Origin: Anaeromyxobacteraceae bacterium
GTDB lineage: Bacteria > Myxococcota > Myxococcia > Myxococcales > Anaeromyxobacteraceae
Assembly: GCA_032654565.1 (NCBI GenBank)
Contig: JAULAX010000018.1
Coordinates: forward strand, 256,001-320,000
Direction of reading: 5' to 3'
DNA length: 64,000 nucleotides
A program made the position numbers and the translations under genes. The notes under the pieces were generated by a model that did no database searches, had not been told where the DNA came from, and saw nothing but the letters and a program-made list of their open reading frames with translations. This document shows, piece by piece, positions 27,650 through 38,233 of the stretch (positions are counted from its first letter, which is position 1; every line of letters starts with the position of its first letter).

Positions 27650-28977
27650 CCGCCGGGGCCAGCCTGTCGCCGGCCTCGGAGAGCCTGGCGGCCGGCTTCC
27701 ACATCGGCCCCGACGACCCGCGCTGGCTCGGCGACCTGCGCGAGGAGGCGCTGGCCGGCCTGCGCACGCTGGGGCTGCCCACCACCCGCCACGAGGACTG
27801 GCGCTACACCAGCCTGGCCACCCTGGCGGCGCTGCGGCTGGAGCGGGCCCGCCCCGAGGACGGCGAGGCGGCGGCGGCGCTGCTCGACCGGGCCGGGAGC
27901 TGGAACGGCCCGCAGCTGGTCTTCGCCAACGGCCGCTACCGCTCGGATCTCTCGCGGACCCAGGGGCTCCCCCCCGGCGCCGTGCTGATCTCGCTCGGCG
28001 AGGCGCTGCGCGAGGTCCCGGACCTGGTCCACCCCCACCTCGGCCGGCTGGCCCGCGTCGAGCGCCACTCGCTGGTGGCGGCCAACACCGCGCTCTTCGA
28101 GGACGGCGTCCTGCTCCACCTGCCGGTGGGCGGGGCGGTGGCGCCCCCCATCCGCATCGTCCACCTCACCTCGCTGCCGGGGCGGGTGGTGGCCACCTTC
28201 CCGCGGCTGCTGCTGGTGGCCGGAGAGGGGTCGCTGGTGACCGTGGTGGAGCACTCCATCTCGGCGGAGGGGGTGCGGGCGCTGGTGGCCCCGGTGGCCG
28301 AGATCGTGCTGGCCCCCGGCGCCCAGGTGAACCACTACCGCTTCCAGGAGGAGGGGCTGGAGACCTTCGAGCTGGCCTCGCTCCACGTCGAGCAGGGGCC
28401 GGAGAGCCGCTTCACCTCGCACGGGCTGGCGCTGGGCGGGCAGGTGGCCCGGGCCGAGCTGCACGCCCGGCTCCTCGGCGAGCGGGCCGAGCTGACCGCC
28501 TCCGGCCTGGGCATGGCCAGCGCCTCGCGCATCACCGACGCCTTCGTCCAGGTCGAGCACGTGGCGCCGCACTGCACCAGCACCCAGACCTTCAAGACCG
28601 TGCTCGACGGCCGGGCCCGCGGCGTCTTCACCGGGCGGGTCCGGGTGGCCCCCGGCGCCCAGAAGACCTCGGCCCAGCAGTCCAGCTCCAACCTGCTGCT
28701 CTCCGAGGACGCCACCGTCGACACCCGGCCGCAGCTGGAGATCCTGGCCGACGACGTCAAGTGCAGCCACGGCGGCACCGTGGGGCAGCTCGACCCGACC
28801 TCGCTCTTCTACCTGCGCTCCCGCGGCCTCACCGAGCCGGCGGCGCGCAGCCTGCTCATCTACGCCTTCGCGGCCGGGATGGTGGAGCTGCTGCGCCCGG
28901 CGCCGCTGCGGGCCCACGCCCGGGCCCTGGTGGCGGCCCGGCTGCCCGACGGGGCCCGGCTGGTGGAGGCGGCGTGA
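27646..28977 (+). CDS. sufD: Fe-S cluster assembly protein SufD
   Basis: EDWRYT, NLLLSEDATVDTRPQLEILADDVKCSHGGTVG, FYLRSRG. Confidence 0.96.
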   Translation: MTAGASLSPASESLAAGFHIGPDDPRWLGDLREEALAGLRTLGLPTTRHEDWRYTSLATLAALRLERARPEDGEAAAALLDRAGSWNGPQLVFANGRYRSDLSRTQGLPPGAVLISLGEALREVPDLVHPHLGRLARVERHSLVAANTALFEDGVLLHLPVGGAVAPPIRIVHLTSLPGRVVATFPRLLLVAGEGSLVTVVEHSISAEGVRALVAPVAEIVLAPGAQVNHYRFQEEGLETFELASLHVEQGPESRFTSHGLALGGQVARAELHARLLGERAELTASGLGMASASRITDAFVQVEHVAPHCTSTQTFKTVLDGRARGVFTGRVRVAPGAQKTSAQQSSSNLLLSEDATVDTRPQLEILADDVKCSHGGTVGQLDPTSLFYLRSRGLTEPAARSLLIYAFAAGMVELLRPAPLRAHARALVAARLPDGARLVEAA

Positions 28978-30227
28978 GCCTCGCCACCGCGCCGGCGCCG
29001 GTCGCCCCGGCCCCCTTCGACGTCGAGGCCCGGCGGGCCGAGTTCCCGGCCCTGCACCAGCAGGTGTACGGCAAGCCGCTCTGCTACCTCGACAGCGCCG
29101 CCACCACCCAGAAGCCGCGCGCCGTCATCGACGCCATCTCCCGCTTCTACGAGCGGGACAACGCCAACGTCCACCGCGGCGTCCACGCCCTCTCCGAGCG
29201 GGCCACCAAGGCCTTCGAGGGGGCCCGCCAGACGGTGGCGAGGTTCCTCGGCGCCGACCCCCGCGAGGTGGTCTTCGTGCGCGGCGCCACCGAGGCCGTC
29301 AACCTGGTGGCCCAGACCTTCGGCCGGCGGCGGGTCGGCGCCGGCGACGAGATCGTGGTCACCACGCTGGAGCACCACTCCAACATCGTCCCCTGGCAGC
29401 TGCTGGCCGACGCGGTCGGCGCCCGGGTGGTGCCGGCCCCCGTCGACGACGGCGGCGACCTCGACCTCGGCGCCCTGGAGGCGCTGCTCGGCCCCCGGGT
29501 GAAGCTGCTGGCGGTGACCCAGGTCTCCAACGCGCTGGGCACGGTGACGCCGCTCGAGGCGGTCATCGGCCTGGCCCGGGCCCGCGGCATCCCGGTGCTG
29601 GTCGACGGGGCCCAGGGGGCGCCCCACCTCGGCGCCGACGTGGGGGCGCTGGGGGCCGACTTCTACGTCTTCAGCGGCCACAAGCTCTACGGCCCCACCG
29701 GCATCGGCGTGCTCTGGGGCAAGCGCGAGCACCTCGAGGCCATGCCCCCCTGGCAGGGGGGCGGCGACATGATCCGCTCGGTGACCTTCGAGAAGACCAC
29801 CTTCAACGACCTGCCCTACAAGTTCGAGGCCGGCACGCCGGACATCGCCGGGGCGGTCGGGCTGGCGGCGGCCATCGACTACGTGCAGGCCATCGGCCTG
29901 CCGGCCATCGCCGCCCACGAGGCGGCGCTGCTCCTGGAGGCCGAGGCGGCGCTGCGGGCGGTGCCGGGCGTCCGGCTGGTGGGGGCGCCGCGCCGGCGGG
30001 CCGGCGTGCTCTCCTTCATGGTGGGCGACATCCACCCCCACGATCTCGCCACCATCGTCGACCGCCAGGGGGTGGCCATCCGCGCCGGGCACCACTGCGC
30101 CCAGCCGCTCATGAAGCGCTTCGGGCTCCCGGCCACCGCCCGCGCCTCCTTCGCCCTCTACTCCACCAGCGCCGACGTCGAGGCGCTGGTCCGCGCCCTC
30201 CACGCCGCCATCCAGGTCTTCGCGTGA
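28974..30227 (+). CDS. sufS: Cysteine desulfurase SufS
   Basis: YLDSAATTQKP, NVHRGVH, EHHSNIVPW, SGHKLYGPTGIG, FEAGTP, RAGHHCAQP. Confidence 0.97.
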   Translation: MSLATAPAPVAPAPFDVEARRAEFPALHQQVYGKPLCYLDSAATTQKPRAVIDAISRFYERDNANVHRGVHALSERATKAFEGARQTVARFLGADPREVVFVRGATEAVNLVAQTFGRRRVGAGDEIVVTTLEHHSNIVPWQLLADAVGARVVPAPVDDGGDLDLGALEALLGPRVKLLAVTQVSNALGTVTPLEAVIGLARARGIPVLVDGAQGAPHLGADVGALGADFYVFSGHKLYGPTGIGVLWGKREHLEAMPPWQGGGDMIRSVTFEKTTFNDLPYKFEAGTPDIAGAVGLAAAIDYVQAIGLPAIAAHEAALLLEAEAALRAVPGVRLVGAPRRRAGVLSFMVGDIHPHDLATIVDRQGVAIRAGHHCAQPLMKRFGLPATARASFALYSTSADVEALVRALHAAIQVFA

Positions 30228-30255
30228 CCGCGCCCCGCCCGCTGGAGGCCCGCAC

Positions 30256-30705
30256 ATGAGCGAGCTCACCGACCTGTACCAGGAGGTCATCCTCGACCAC
30301 GGCAAGAAGCCGCGGAACTTCGGCCCGCTGGAGGGGGCCACCACCTCGGCCGAGGGGCTCAACCCGCTCTGCGGCGACCACCTGGTGCTGCAGGTGAAGG
30401 TGGCCGACGGCCGGGTGCAGGAGGCCCGCTTCACCGGCACCGGCTGCGCCATCTCCCGGGCCTCGGCCTCGGTGATGACCGGCCTGGTGAAGGGGAAGAC
30501 CGCCGCCGAGGTGGAGGCCATGTTCCAGGTCTTCCACGCCCTGGTGACCGGCGGCCCCGGGGCCCACCCCGACCTGGAGGCGCTGGGGAAGCTGGCGGTC
30601 TTCGGCGGGGTCCACGAGTTCCCCACCCGGGTGAAGTGCGCCAGCCTGGCGTGGCACACGCTGCGGTCGGCGCTGCAGGGCGGCGCCACCGCCAGCACCG
30701 AGTAG
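30256..30705 (+). CDS. sufU: SUF system NifU-like protein SufU
   Basis: LYQEVILDH, NPLCGD, GCAISRASAS, PTRVKCASLAWH. Confidence 0.96.
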   Translation: MSELTDLYQEVILDHGKKPRNFGPLEGATTSAEGLNPLCGDHLVLQVKVADGRVQEARFTGTGCAISRASASVMTGLVKGKTAAEVEAMFQVFHALVTGGPGAHPDLEALGKLAVFGGVHEFPTRVKCASLAWHTLRSALQGGATASTE

Positions 30706-30718
30706 GAGCACCGACGCC

Positions 30719-31276
30719 ATGGCCCGCGATTCGATCATCCTCATCCGCGACGTCGAGGCCACCTTCATCCCGCAGGGCGGGGTGGCGGTGGTGCCGGCCG
30801 GAACCTGGCTGGTGCTGCAGCAGTCGCTGGGCGGCAGCTTCACGCTGATGACCGAGCGCGGCCAGCTGGTGCGCGTCGACGGCAAGGACGCCGACGCCCT
30901 GGGGGCCAGGTACCAGGCCGAGGCCGAGGCGCTGGCCACGGTGCGGGCGGCGTCGCTGGAGGGGCCCTTCGACGAGCAGAAGATCTGGACCGCGATGAAG
31001 GACGTCTTCGACCCGGAGATCCCGGCCTCGATCGTCGAGCTGGGGCTGGTCTACTCGGTGGCCAGCGAGCCGGTCGAGGGCGGCCACCGGGTGCTGGTCC
31101 ACATGACGCTGACCGCGCCCGGCTGCGGGGTGGGGCCGGTGCTGGTGGACGACGTCCGGCGCGCCTGCCTCTCGGTGCCGGGCGTGAAGCAGGCCGACGT
31201 GGAGCTGGTCTTCGACCCGCCCTGGGACGTGTCGCGGATGAGCGAGGCGGCCCGCCTGCAGCTTGGGATGCTCTAG
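30719..31276 (+). CDS. sufT: Fe-S cluster assembly protein SufT (DUF59)
   Basis: QSLGGSFT...RVDGKDADALG, FDPEIP..IVELGLVY, MTLTAPGCG, FDPPW..RMSEAARLQLG. Confidence 0.95.
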   Translation: MARDSIILIRDVEATFIPQGGVAVVPAGTWLVLQQSLGGSFTLMTERGQLVRVDGKDADALGARYQAEAEALATVRAASLEGPFDEQKIWTAMKDVFDPEIPASIVELGLVYSVASEPVEGGHRVLVHMTLTAPGCGVGPVLVDDVRRACLSVPGVKQADVELVFDPPWDVSRMSEAARLQLGML

Positions 31277-32718
31277 AGCAGCCCGGCCAGCTCCCGCTTC
31301 AGCACCTTCCCCATGGCGTTGCGGGGGAGGGCCTCCACCAGCCGGACCAGCCGCGGTCGCTTGTGGGGCGCCAGGGCGCTGGCCACGTGGTCGATGAGCG
31401 CCCGGGGCGACGGCGCGGCGCCCGGGGCGGGGACCACGAAGGCGACGATCCGCTCGCCGAGGTCGTCGTCGGCGACGCCGATGACCGCCGCCTCGCGCAC
31501 CGCCGGGTGCTCGAGGAGCGCGGCCTCGACCTCGCCGGCCCCCACCTTGTAGCCGGCGGTCTTGATCAGGTCGGTCGCCTTCCGGCCGACGATGCGCAGC
31601 TCCCCGGCCGCCGTCAGCGAGGCGATGTCGCCGGTGTGGAAGAAGCCCTCGGCGTCGATGGCCGCGGCGGTGGCCTCGGGGCGGTTGAGGTAGCCGGGGA
31701 AGACGGTGGGGCCGCGCACGATGACCTCGCCGAGCTGGTCGGGGCCGGGGGCGAGGGGCCGTCCCCGCTCGTCGACGAGGCGGAGGTCGAGGCCGGGGAG
31801 GGGCGGGCCGACGGTGCCGGGCGTGCGCGGGCCGTCGTGGCGGGCGGCGGTGATGATCAGCGTCTCGGTGAGGCCGTAGCGCTCCACCACCCGCTGCCCG
31901 AAGAGCTTGAAGAGCCGCTCGCTCTCGCGCACCGGGAGGCCGGCCGAGCCGGAGACCAGCAGCCGGGCCCGGGCCAGGGGGCGGGCCTCCGCGGGGTGGG
32001 CCTCGCCGTGCTCGGCGAGCCGGTGGTACATGGTCGGCACCGCGAAGAGCAGCGTGCCGCCCTCGGCGAAGGCGGCGCAGACACCCTCCGGCGTGAAGCG
32101 CGGCAGCAGCCGCAGCGTGCCGCCCACCCGGAGCGAACCAAACAGGCCGAGCACCAGGCCGTGGACGTGGAAGAGGGGGAGGGCGTGGACCAGGACGTCG
32201 CCGGGTGTCCAGCCCCAGGCGTCGGCGAGGGCGTCGATGTCGAAGGCGGCGTTCCGGTGGGTCAGGACCGCTCCCTTGGGCGGCCCGGTGGTGCCGGAGG
32301 TGTAGAGGATCAGGAGCGGATCGTCGGGGGCCGGATCGGCCGGGGCCGCCGGCGGGCCGTCGAGGGCGATGGGCTGGACGCCGGGGGTGCGGTCGACGAA
32401 GGCGGCCGGGTCGGCGGCGAGGGTCAGGCGCGGGGCGGCGTCGGCGAGGATGTGGGCCAGCTCCCGGGCGCCGCTGGCCGGGTTGAGCGGGACGGTGGCG
32501 ACGCCGGCCAGCGCCTGGCCGGCCAGGGCGGCGACGGTGGCGGCGTGGGGCGTCGCCCAGATCGCCACCCGGTCGCCCGGCCGGATCCCCGCGGCGGCCA
32601 GCCGGCCGGCGTGGGCCAGCGCCGCCCGCTGCAGCTCCCCGAAGCCCAGGGTGGCCTCGGGGCTGACCAGCGCCGGGTGGTCGGAGGCGCGGCCGAGGTG
32701 GGGGAGGAGCGGGTGCAT
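31273..32718 (-). CDS. Acyl-CoA synthetase (MatB/malonyl-CoA synthetase-like ANL enzyme)
   Basis: YTSGTTGPPKG, HALPLFHVHGL, ERYGLTET, FHTGD, LPRNAMGKV; divergent from the malonate operon. Confidence 0.88.
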   Translation of the reverse strand: MHPLLPHLGRASDHPALVSPEATLGFGELQRAALAHAGRLAAAGIRPGDRVAIWATPHAATVAALAGQALAGVATVPLNPASGARELAHILADAAPRLTLAADPAAFVDRTPGVQPIALDGPPAAPADPAPDDPLLILYTSGTTGPPKGAVLTHRNAAFDIDALADAWGWTPGDVLVHALPLFHVHGLVLGLFGSLRVGGTLRLLPRFTPEGVCAAFAEGGTLLFAVPTMYHRLAEHGEAHPAEARPLARARLLVSGSAGLPVRESERLFKLFGQRVVERYGLTETLIITAARHDGPRTPGTVGPPLPGLDLRLVDERGRPLAPGPDQLGEVIVRGPTVFPGYLNRPEATAAAIDAEGFFHTGDIASLTAAGELRIVGRKATDLIKTAGYKVGAGEVEAALLEHPAVREAAVIGVADDDLGERIVAFVVPAPGAAPSPRALIDHVASALAPHKRPRLVRLVEALPRNAMGKVLKRELAGLL

Positions 32719-32862
32719 GGAGCGGAGCTTAGCCGCTTCCGGGCGCCGCTTCCGGCCGCCGACTCGCCGCCGGTCGTGCCGCACCGCGCCGTGGCCGGGA
32801 GGCCATGAGCCGCACGCAGGGCTTGAGATCTCGCGCCCGGAGGACTAGCCTCGCCGCTTCCG

Positions 32863-32882
32863 TAACTCATAATTATGGATTC
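32863..32882. promoter_or_regulatory. Candidate GntR operator
   Basis: AT-rich island with the perfect palindrome CATAATTATG (32868-32877), 30 bp before the ABC operon start. Confidence 0.7.
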
Positions 32883-32907
32883 AGAACCCGGATCCCGGAG
32901 GCCCCCC

Positions 32908-34182
32908 ATGCCCTCACGCTCCACCCTGCGCCGCACCCCCTTGCCGGTCGCGTTCCTGCTCGCCTCCTTCCTGGCCCTGCTCGCGGCCGCCCCGGCGGCC
33001 GCCGGGGCCGCCGCGCCCCACACCAAGGTCTCGCTGGGCGCCACCCTCCCGCTCACCGGGGCCGAGGCCCGCGTCGGCGGCTTCTTCAAGGAGGGGTACG
33101 AGCTGGCCGTCGAGGAGGCCAACAAGCGGGGCGGCCTGCTGGTGGGCGGCAAGAAGCTACCCGTCGAGCTGGCCATCCTCGACGACACCACCACCCAGGC
33201 CACCGCGGTGAGCCTGGCCGACCGCCTCGTCAACAGCGACCAGGTCGACTTCCTACTCGGCACCTACTCCAGCCACCTGGTCGAGGCCCAGAGCACCATC
33301 GGCGAGCAGAACCGCATCCCGTACATCAACGGCGGTGGCGGCGCGACCAAGATCTACAAGCGCGGCTTCAAGTACCTGTTCGGCGCCATCTCGCCGGTCG
33401 AGCTGCTGGGCACCACCATGATGTCCTGGATCGACATCCAGCAGAAGGCCGGGAAGCTGCCGAGGCCGGCCAAGATCGCCCTGCTCTGGGAGAACACCGC
33501 CCACGGCAAGGACTTCCGGAAGGGGATCTCCGACTTCGTGGCCAAGAGCGGCGGCGCCTACCAGGTCAGCGTCGACGAGTCCTTCCCGCTCGACGGCAAG
33601 GACTTCGGGGCCCTGCTCGGCAAGGTCAAGGCCGCCAACGTCGACCTGTTCCTGGCCGACGCCCACCTCCCCGACTACATCACCATGCACCGCCAGTACG
33701 TGGCGGCCGGGCTCTGCCACAAGGTGGTGAGCTACGGCGCCCGCGGCAGCGAGAAGGGGGCCATCGAGGCCCTCGGCCAGGAGAACGTCAACTACGTGGT
33801 CTCCGGGGTCTGGTGGAGCGCCGAGCTGGGCAAGAAGCCCGGCCTGGCCAAGGCCTTCGTCGACCAGTTCACCGCCAAGCACGCCGGCCGCAGGCCGGAG
33901 TGGTTCCAGGCACTGGCCTACGAGTCGGCGCGGGCCCTGTTCACCGCCATCGAGCAGGCCGGGTCGCTCGACCGCGAGGCGGTCCGGGCCAAGCTGGCCT
34001 CGCTCAAGATGCCCTCGATGTTGCCGGGCGGGACGCTCGAGTTCCCGGGCGCCCAGGGGCAGCAGGCCCAGAACCCCTTCGTGCTCCAGCAGAACCTCAC
34101 CGACAAGAGCTCGCCCATCATCTTCCCTCCCGACGCCGCCACCGGCACCGGCATCGCCGCCAATCCCCGCTGCCCCACGTAG
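32908..34182 (+). CDS. LIV/HAAT-family ABC transporter substrate-binding protein
   Basis: GGAGG RBS, signal peptide, LGATLPLTG, GYELAVEEANKRGG, LLGTYSS. Confidence 0.9.
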   Translation: MPSRSTLRRTPLPVAFLLASFLALLAAAPAAAGAAAPHTKVSLGATLPLTGAEARVGGFFKEGYELAVEEANKRGGLLVGGKKLPVELAILDDTTTQATAVSLADRLVNSDQVDFLLGTYSSHLVEAQSTIGEQNRIPYINGGGGATKIYKRGFKYLFGAISPVELLGTTMMSWIDIQQKAGKLPRPAKIALLWENTAHGKDFRKGISDFVAKSGGAYQVSVDESFPLDGKDFGALLGKVKAANVDLFLADAHLPDYITMHRQYVAAGLCHKVVSYGARGSEKGAIEALGQENVNYVVSGVWWSAELGKKPGLAKAFVDQFTAKHAGRRPEWFQALAYESARALFTAIEQAGSLDREAVRAKLASLKMPSMLPGGTLEFPGAQGQQAQNPFVLQQNLTDKSSPIIFPPDAATGTGIAANPRCPT

Positions 34183-34185
34183 GCC

Positions 34186-35061
34186 ATGGCGCGCTTCATC
34201 GATCTCGCGCTGTCCGCCATCATGCTGGCCGGGCTCTACGCCACCATGGCGTACGGGCTCGGCCTCATCTATGGCGTCCTCCGCGTCGTCAACCTGGCCC
34301 ACGGCGGCGTCATCATGGCCGGCGCCTACCTGGGCTGGGTCCTCTTCGAGCGGTGGGGGATCGACCCGTACCTCTCCCTGCCCCTGGTCATCGTGGCCAG
34401 CTTCGGGCTCGGGATCCTCATGTACCGGCTGCTGGTCCGCCACCTGCCCCGCGGGCCGGCCGGCGGCCCGGCCTCGCTGCTGCTGCTCTTCGGGACCTGG
34501 CTGGTGCTCCGCAACGTCGCCTACCTGCTCTTCACCGGCAACGACCAGGCCATCCGGACCAGCTACTCCACCTCCTCGGTGGTGTTCCTCGGCACCCACG
34601 TCTCGGTGAACCGGCTGGCGGTGCTGGCCATCGCCACCGTCATCCCGGTCCTCCTCCACCTCCTGCTCACCAGGACCTACACCGGGCGCGCCATCCGGGC
34701 GGTGGCGCAGAACGCCGACAGCTGCACCCTGGTGGGCATCGACGTCGAGAAGATCTACGCCCTCACCTTCGGGATCGGCACCGCCCTGGCCGGCGTGGCC
34801 GGGCTGCTCTCCGCCACCATCTTCTCCTTCAACCCCGGCTTCGGTTCCGGGGAGCTGCTCAAGTCGTTCGTGGTGGTGGTGCTGGGAGGGCTGGGGAGCG
34901 TCCTCGGCATCGGGGTGGCGGCGCTGATCCTCGCGGTGGTCGAGGTCTTCGCCATCCTGGTCCTGCCCTCCTACCTCACCTCGGCGGTCGGCTTCGTCAT
35001 GCTGGTGCTGGTGCTGGTGCTCCGGCCGGGCGGCCTCTTCGGCCAGCGGGTCCTGGGATGA
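34186..35061 (+). CDS. LIV-type ABC permease (LivH-like)
   Basis: GLGLIYGVLRVVNLAHG, TYTGRAIRAVAQN, VVVLGGLGS, LRPGGLFG. Confidence 0.93.
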   Translation: MARFIDLALSAIMLAGLYATMAYGLGLIYGVLRVVNLAHGGVIMAGAYLGWVLFERWGIDPYLSLPLVIVASFGLGILMYRLLVRHLPRGPAGGPASLLLLFGTWLVLRNVAYLLFTGNDQAIRTSYSTSSVVFLGTHVSVNRLAVLAIATVIPVLLHLLLTRTYTGRAIRAVAQNADSCTLVGIDVEKIYALTFGIGTALAGVAGLLSATIFSFNPGFGSGELLKSFVVVVLGGLGSVLGIGVAALILAVVEVFAILVLPSYLTSAVGFVMLVLVLVLRPGGLFGQRVLG

Positions 35062-36049
35062 GCGAGGCCACGCCGGTCAAGCTCCCCGCCCTGGTCCCGC
35101 TCCCGGTCGCGGCCGCCTTCGCCGGCGGGGTGGTGCTCCTCGCCGCCGCGCCCTGGCTCCTCGACCTCAGCCCCTACAGCCACAACCTGGTCACCCTGGC
35201 CTTCATGCTCATCGCCGGGTCGGTGGCCTGGAACTGGATGGGCGGCTTCCTCGGGCAGGTGAGCTTCGGCCACGCCGCCATGTTCGGGGTGGGCGGCTTC
35301 GTCTCGGCGCGGGTGCTGCTCTCCGGCCCGGTGCCGGCGCCGCTGGCCTGGCTCACCGGCGGGCTGCTGGCCGGGATCTTCGCGCTGGGGGCCCACCCGG
35401 CGCTCCGGCTGCGCGGCCCCTACTTCTCCATCGCCACCATCGGCATGGGCGAGGCGGTCCGGCTCATCTTCACCTACTGGGAGGACTTCACCGGCGGCTC
35501 CTCCGGCCTCTCGCTCCCCATCGACGTCGACATGAAGCGCCAGCTCTACTGGTGGGGGCTGGGGCTGGCGGCCCTGGTGGTGGCCGCCACCTGGGTGATG
35601 CGGCGGTCGACCTTCGGGCTGCAGCTGCTGGCCATCAAGGCCGACGTCGACGCCGCCGGTGACGTGGGGGTCTCGGCCACCTTCTACCAGGACCTGGTCT
35701 TCGTCCTCTCCGGCGCGGTGGTCGGCGTCTCCGGGGGGCTCTACGCCTCCTACTTCAGCTTCATCGAGCCCAACGACATGTTCGGCTTCGATCGCTCGAT
35801 CGCCTTCGTGCTCATGACGGTCATCGGCGGGGTCGGGACCATCCTCGGCCCGGTGCTGGGCGCCGTGGTCTTCGTGCTGCTGCGCCAGTACCTGCTGGCC
35901 TCCTACCCCCAGCTCTACCTCGGCCTCTACGGCGGCCTGCTGATCTTCATCATCCTCTTCGAGCCGCTCGGCCTGACCGGCCTGCTGCGCCGGCTCGGCG
36001 GCCAGGTGCGGCGCCGGCTGGTCCCGGCCCGGGCCGCGGGGGAGCCGCC

Positions 36050-36053
<4 letters not shown>
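35058..36053 (+). CDS. LIV-type ABC permease (LivM-like)
   Basis: WNWMGGFLGQVSFGHAA, LRLRGPYFSIAT, IGGVGTILGPVLGA. Confidence 0.93.
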
Positions 36054-36789
<736 letters not shown>

Positions 36790-36793
<4 letters not shown>

Positions 36794-37506
36794 GCGAACC
36801 CCTCCTCGCCATCGAGGCCATCGACGTCTGCTACGGGGACGTCCAGGTCCTCTTCGGCCTCTCCCTCGAGGTCCGCGAAGGGGAGATCGTCACGCTGCTC
36901 GGCTCCAACGGCGCCGGCAAGACCACCACGCTGCGGGCCATCTCCGGGCTGCGGCCGCCGCGCGCCGGCCAGATCCGCTTCCGCGGCCGGTCGCTGGCCA
37001 CGGTCCCGGCCTCGGCCCGGGCCGAGCTCGGCATCTCCCTGGTCCCCGAGGGGCGCGAGCTCTGGCCCCAGCTCACGGTCCGCGAGAACCTCGAGCTGGG
37101 GGCCTACGGGGCCCGGGCCCGGCCCCACGCCGCCCAGAACCTCGAGAAGGTCTTCGAGATGTTCCCGCGGCTGCGGGAGCGGAGCGGGCAGCTGGCCGGG
37201 AGCCTCTCGGGCGGGGAGCAGCAGATGTGCGCCATCGGCCGGTCGCTGATGAGCGAGCCGGTGCTGCTCATGCTCGACGAGCCGAGCCTGGGCCTGTCGC
37301 CGCTGCTGGTGGACCAGGTCATGGCCACCATCTCCCGTCTCCACGCCGGCGGCATGACCATCCTGCTGGTCGAGCAGAACCTGCGGAAGGCGCTCCAGGT
37401 GGCCCACCGTGGGACGGTCATCGAGACCGGTCGGGTCCGGCTGGAGGGGAGCAGCGCCGAGCTGGCCGCCAACCCCGAGATCCGCGCCGCCTACCTGGGG
37501 ATCTGA
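36790..37506 (+). CDS. LIV-type ABC ATPase (LivF-like)
   Basis: GSNGAGKTT, VPEGRE, LSGGEQQM, DEPSLGLSP, VEQN, AYLG. Confidence 0.94.
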
Positions 37507-37516
37507 GCCGCCCGCC

Positions 37517-38233
37517 ATGAGCCGCCCCATCGCCCACCGGGCGCTCTACCAGGAGGTCGCCGACCGGCTCCGCCGCCTCATCTACGACGGCGACCTGCCG
37601 CTCGGCTCCTGGATCGACGAGCAGGCGCTCACCGTGGAGTTCGGCATCAGCCGGACGCCGCTGCGGGAGGCGCTCAAGGTGCTGCACGCCGAGGGGCTGG
37701 TGCAGCTCACCCCGCGGCGCGGCTGCTTCGTGGCCGGTGAGCTGGCGCCAGGGGACCTCGACGAGCTCTTCCCGGTCATGGCGCTCCTGGAGGGGCGCTG
37801 CGCCTACGAGGCGGTCAAGAAGGCGACGCCGGTCGAGGTGCGCCGGCTCGAGGGCATCCACGCCCGGCTCGAGAAGCTGGCGTCGAAGGGGGACGTGGCC
37901 ACCTACTACGAGAACAACTACGCCTTCCACGAGACCATCCAGGAGCTGGCCGCCAACCCCTGGCTCTCCCGGATCGTCTCGGAGCTGCGCCGCTTCCTGA
38001 AGCTCCTCCGCGGCCGCCAGCTGCGGGTGCCGGGCCGGCTCGAGGCCTCGCTGGAGGAGCACCGGAAGATCATGGGCGCGCTGCGCCGGGGCGACGCGGC
38101 CGCCGCCGAGCGGATCATGCGGGCCCACCTGATGTCGCAGCGGGCGGCGCTGGCGGTGCAGGAGCGTGGCCCGGCGCCGGCCCGGGCGGCCCCGCCGGCC
38201 GGGGGCAAGGGACGGAGACGGGCGGCGAGATGA
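37517..38233 (+). CDS. GntR (FadR/FCD) transcriptional regulator
   Basis: LYQEVADRLR...WIDEQAL..EFGISRTPLREALKVL..EGLV; FCD motifs NYAFH and SLEEH. Confidence 0.94.
   Translation: MSRPIAHRALYQEVADRLRRLIYDGDLPLGSWIDEQALTVEFGISRTPLREALKVLHAEGLVQLTPRRGCFVAGELAPGDLDELFPVMALLEGRCAYEAVKKATPVEVRRLEGIHARLEKLASKGDVATYYENNYAFHETIQELAANPWLSRIVSELRRFLKLLRGRQLRVPGRLEASLEEHRKIMGALRRGDAAAAERIMRAHLMSQRAALAVQERGPAPARAAPPAGGKGRRRAAR

Noticed and set aside
28974..30705. SufS/SufU as the dedicated sulfur donor for YcaO-TfuA
   Set aside because: They are part of a standard suf operon more than 20 kb away, and nothing in the sequence links them.
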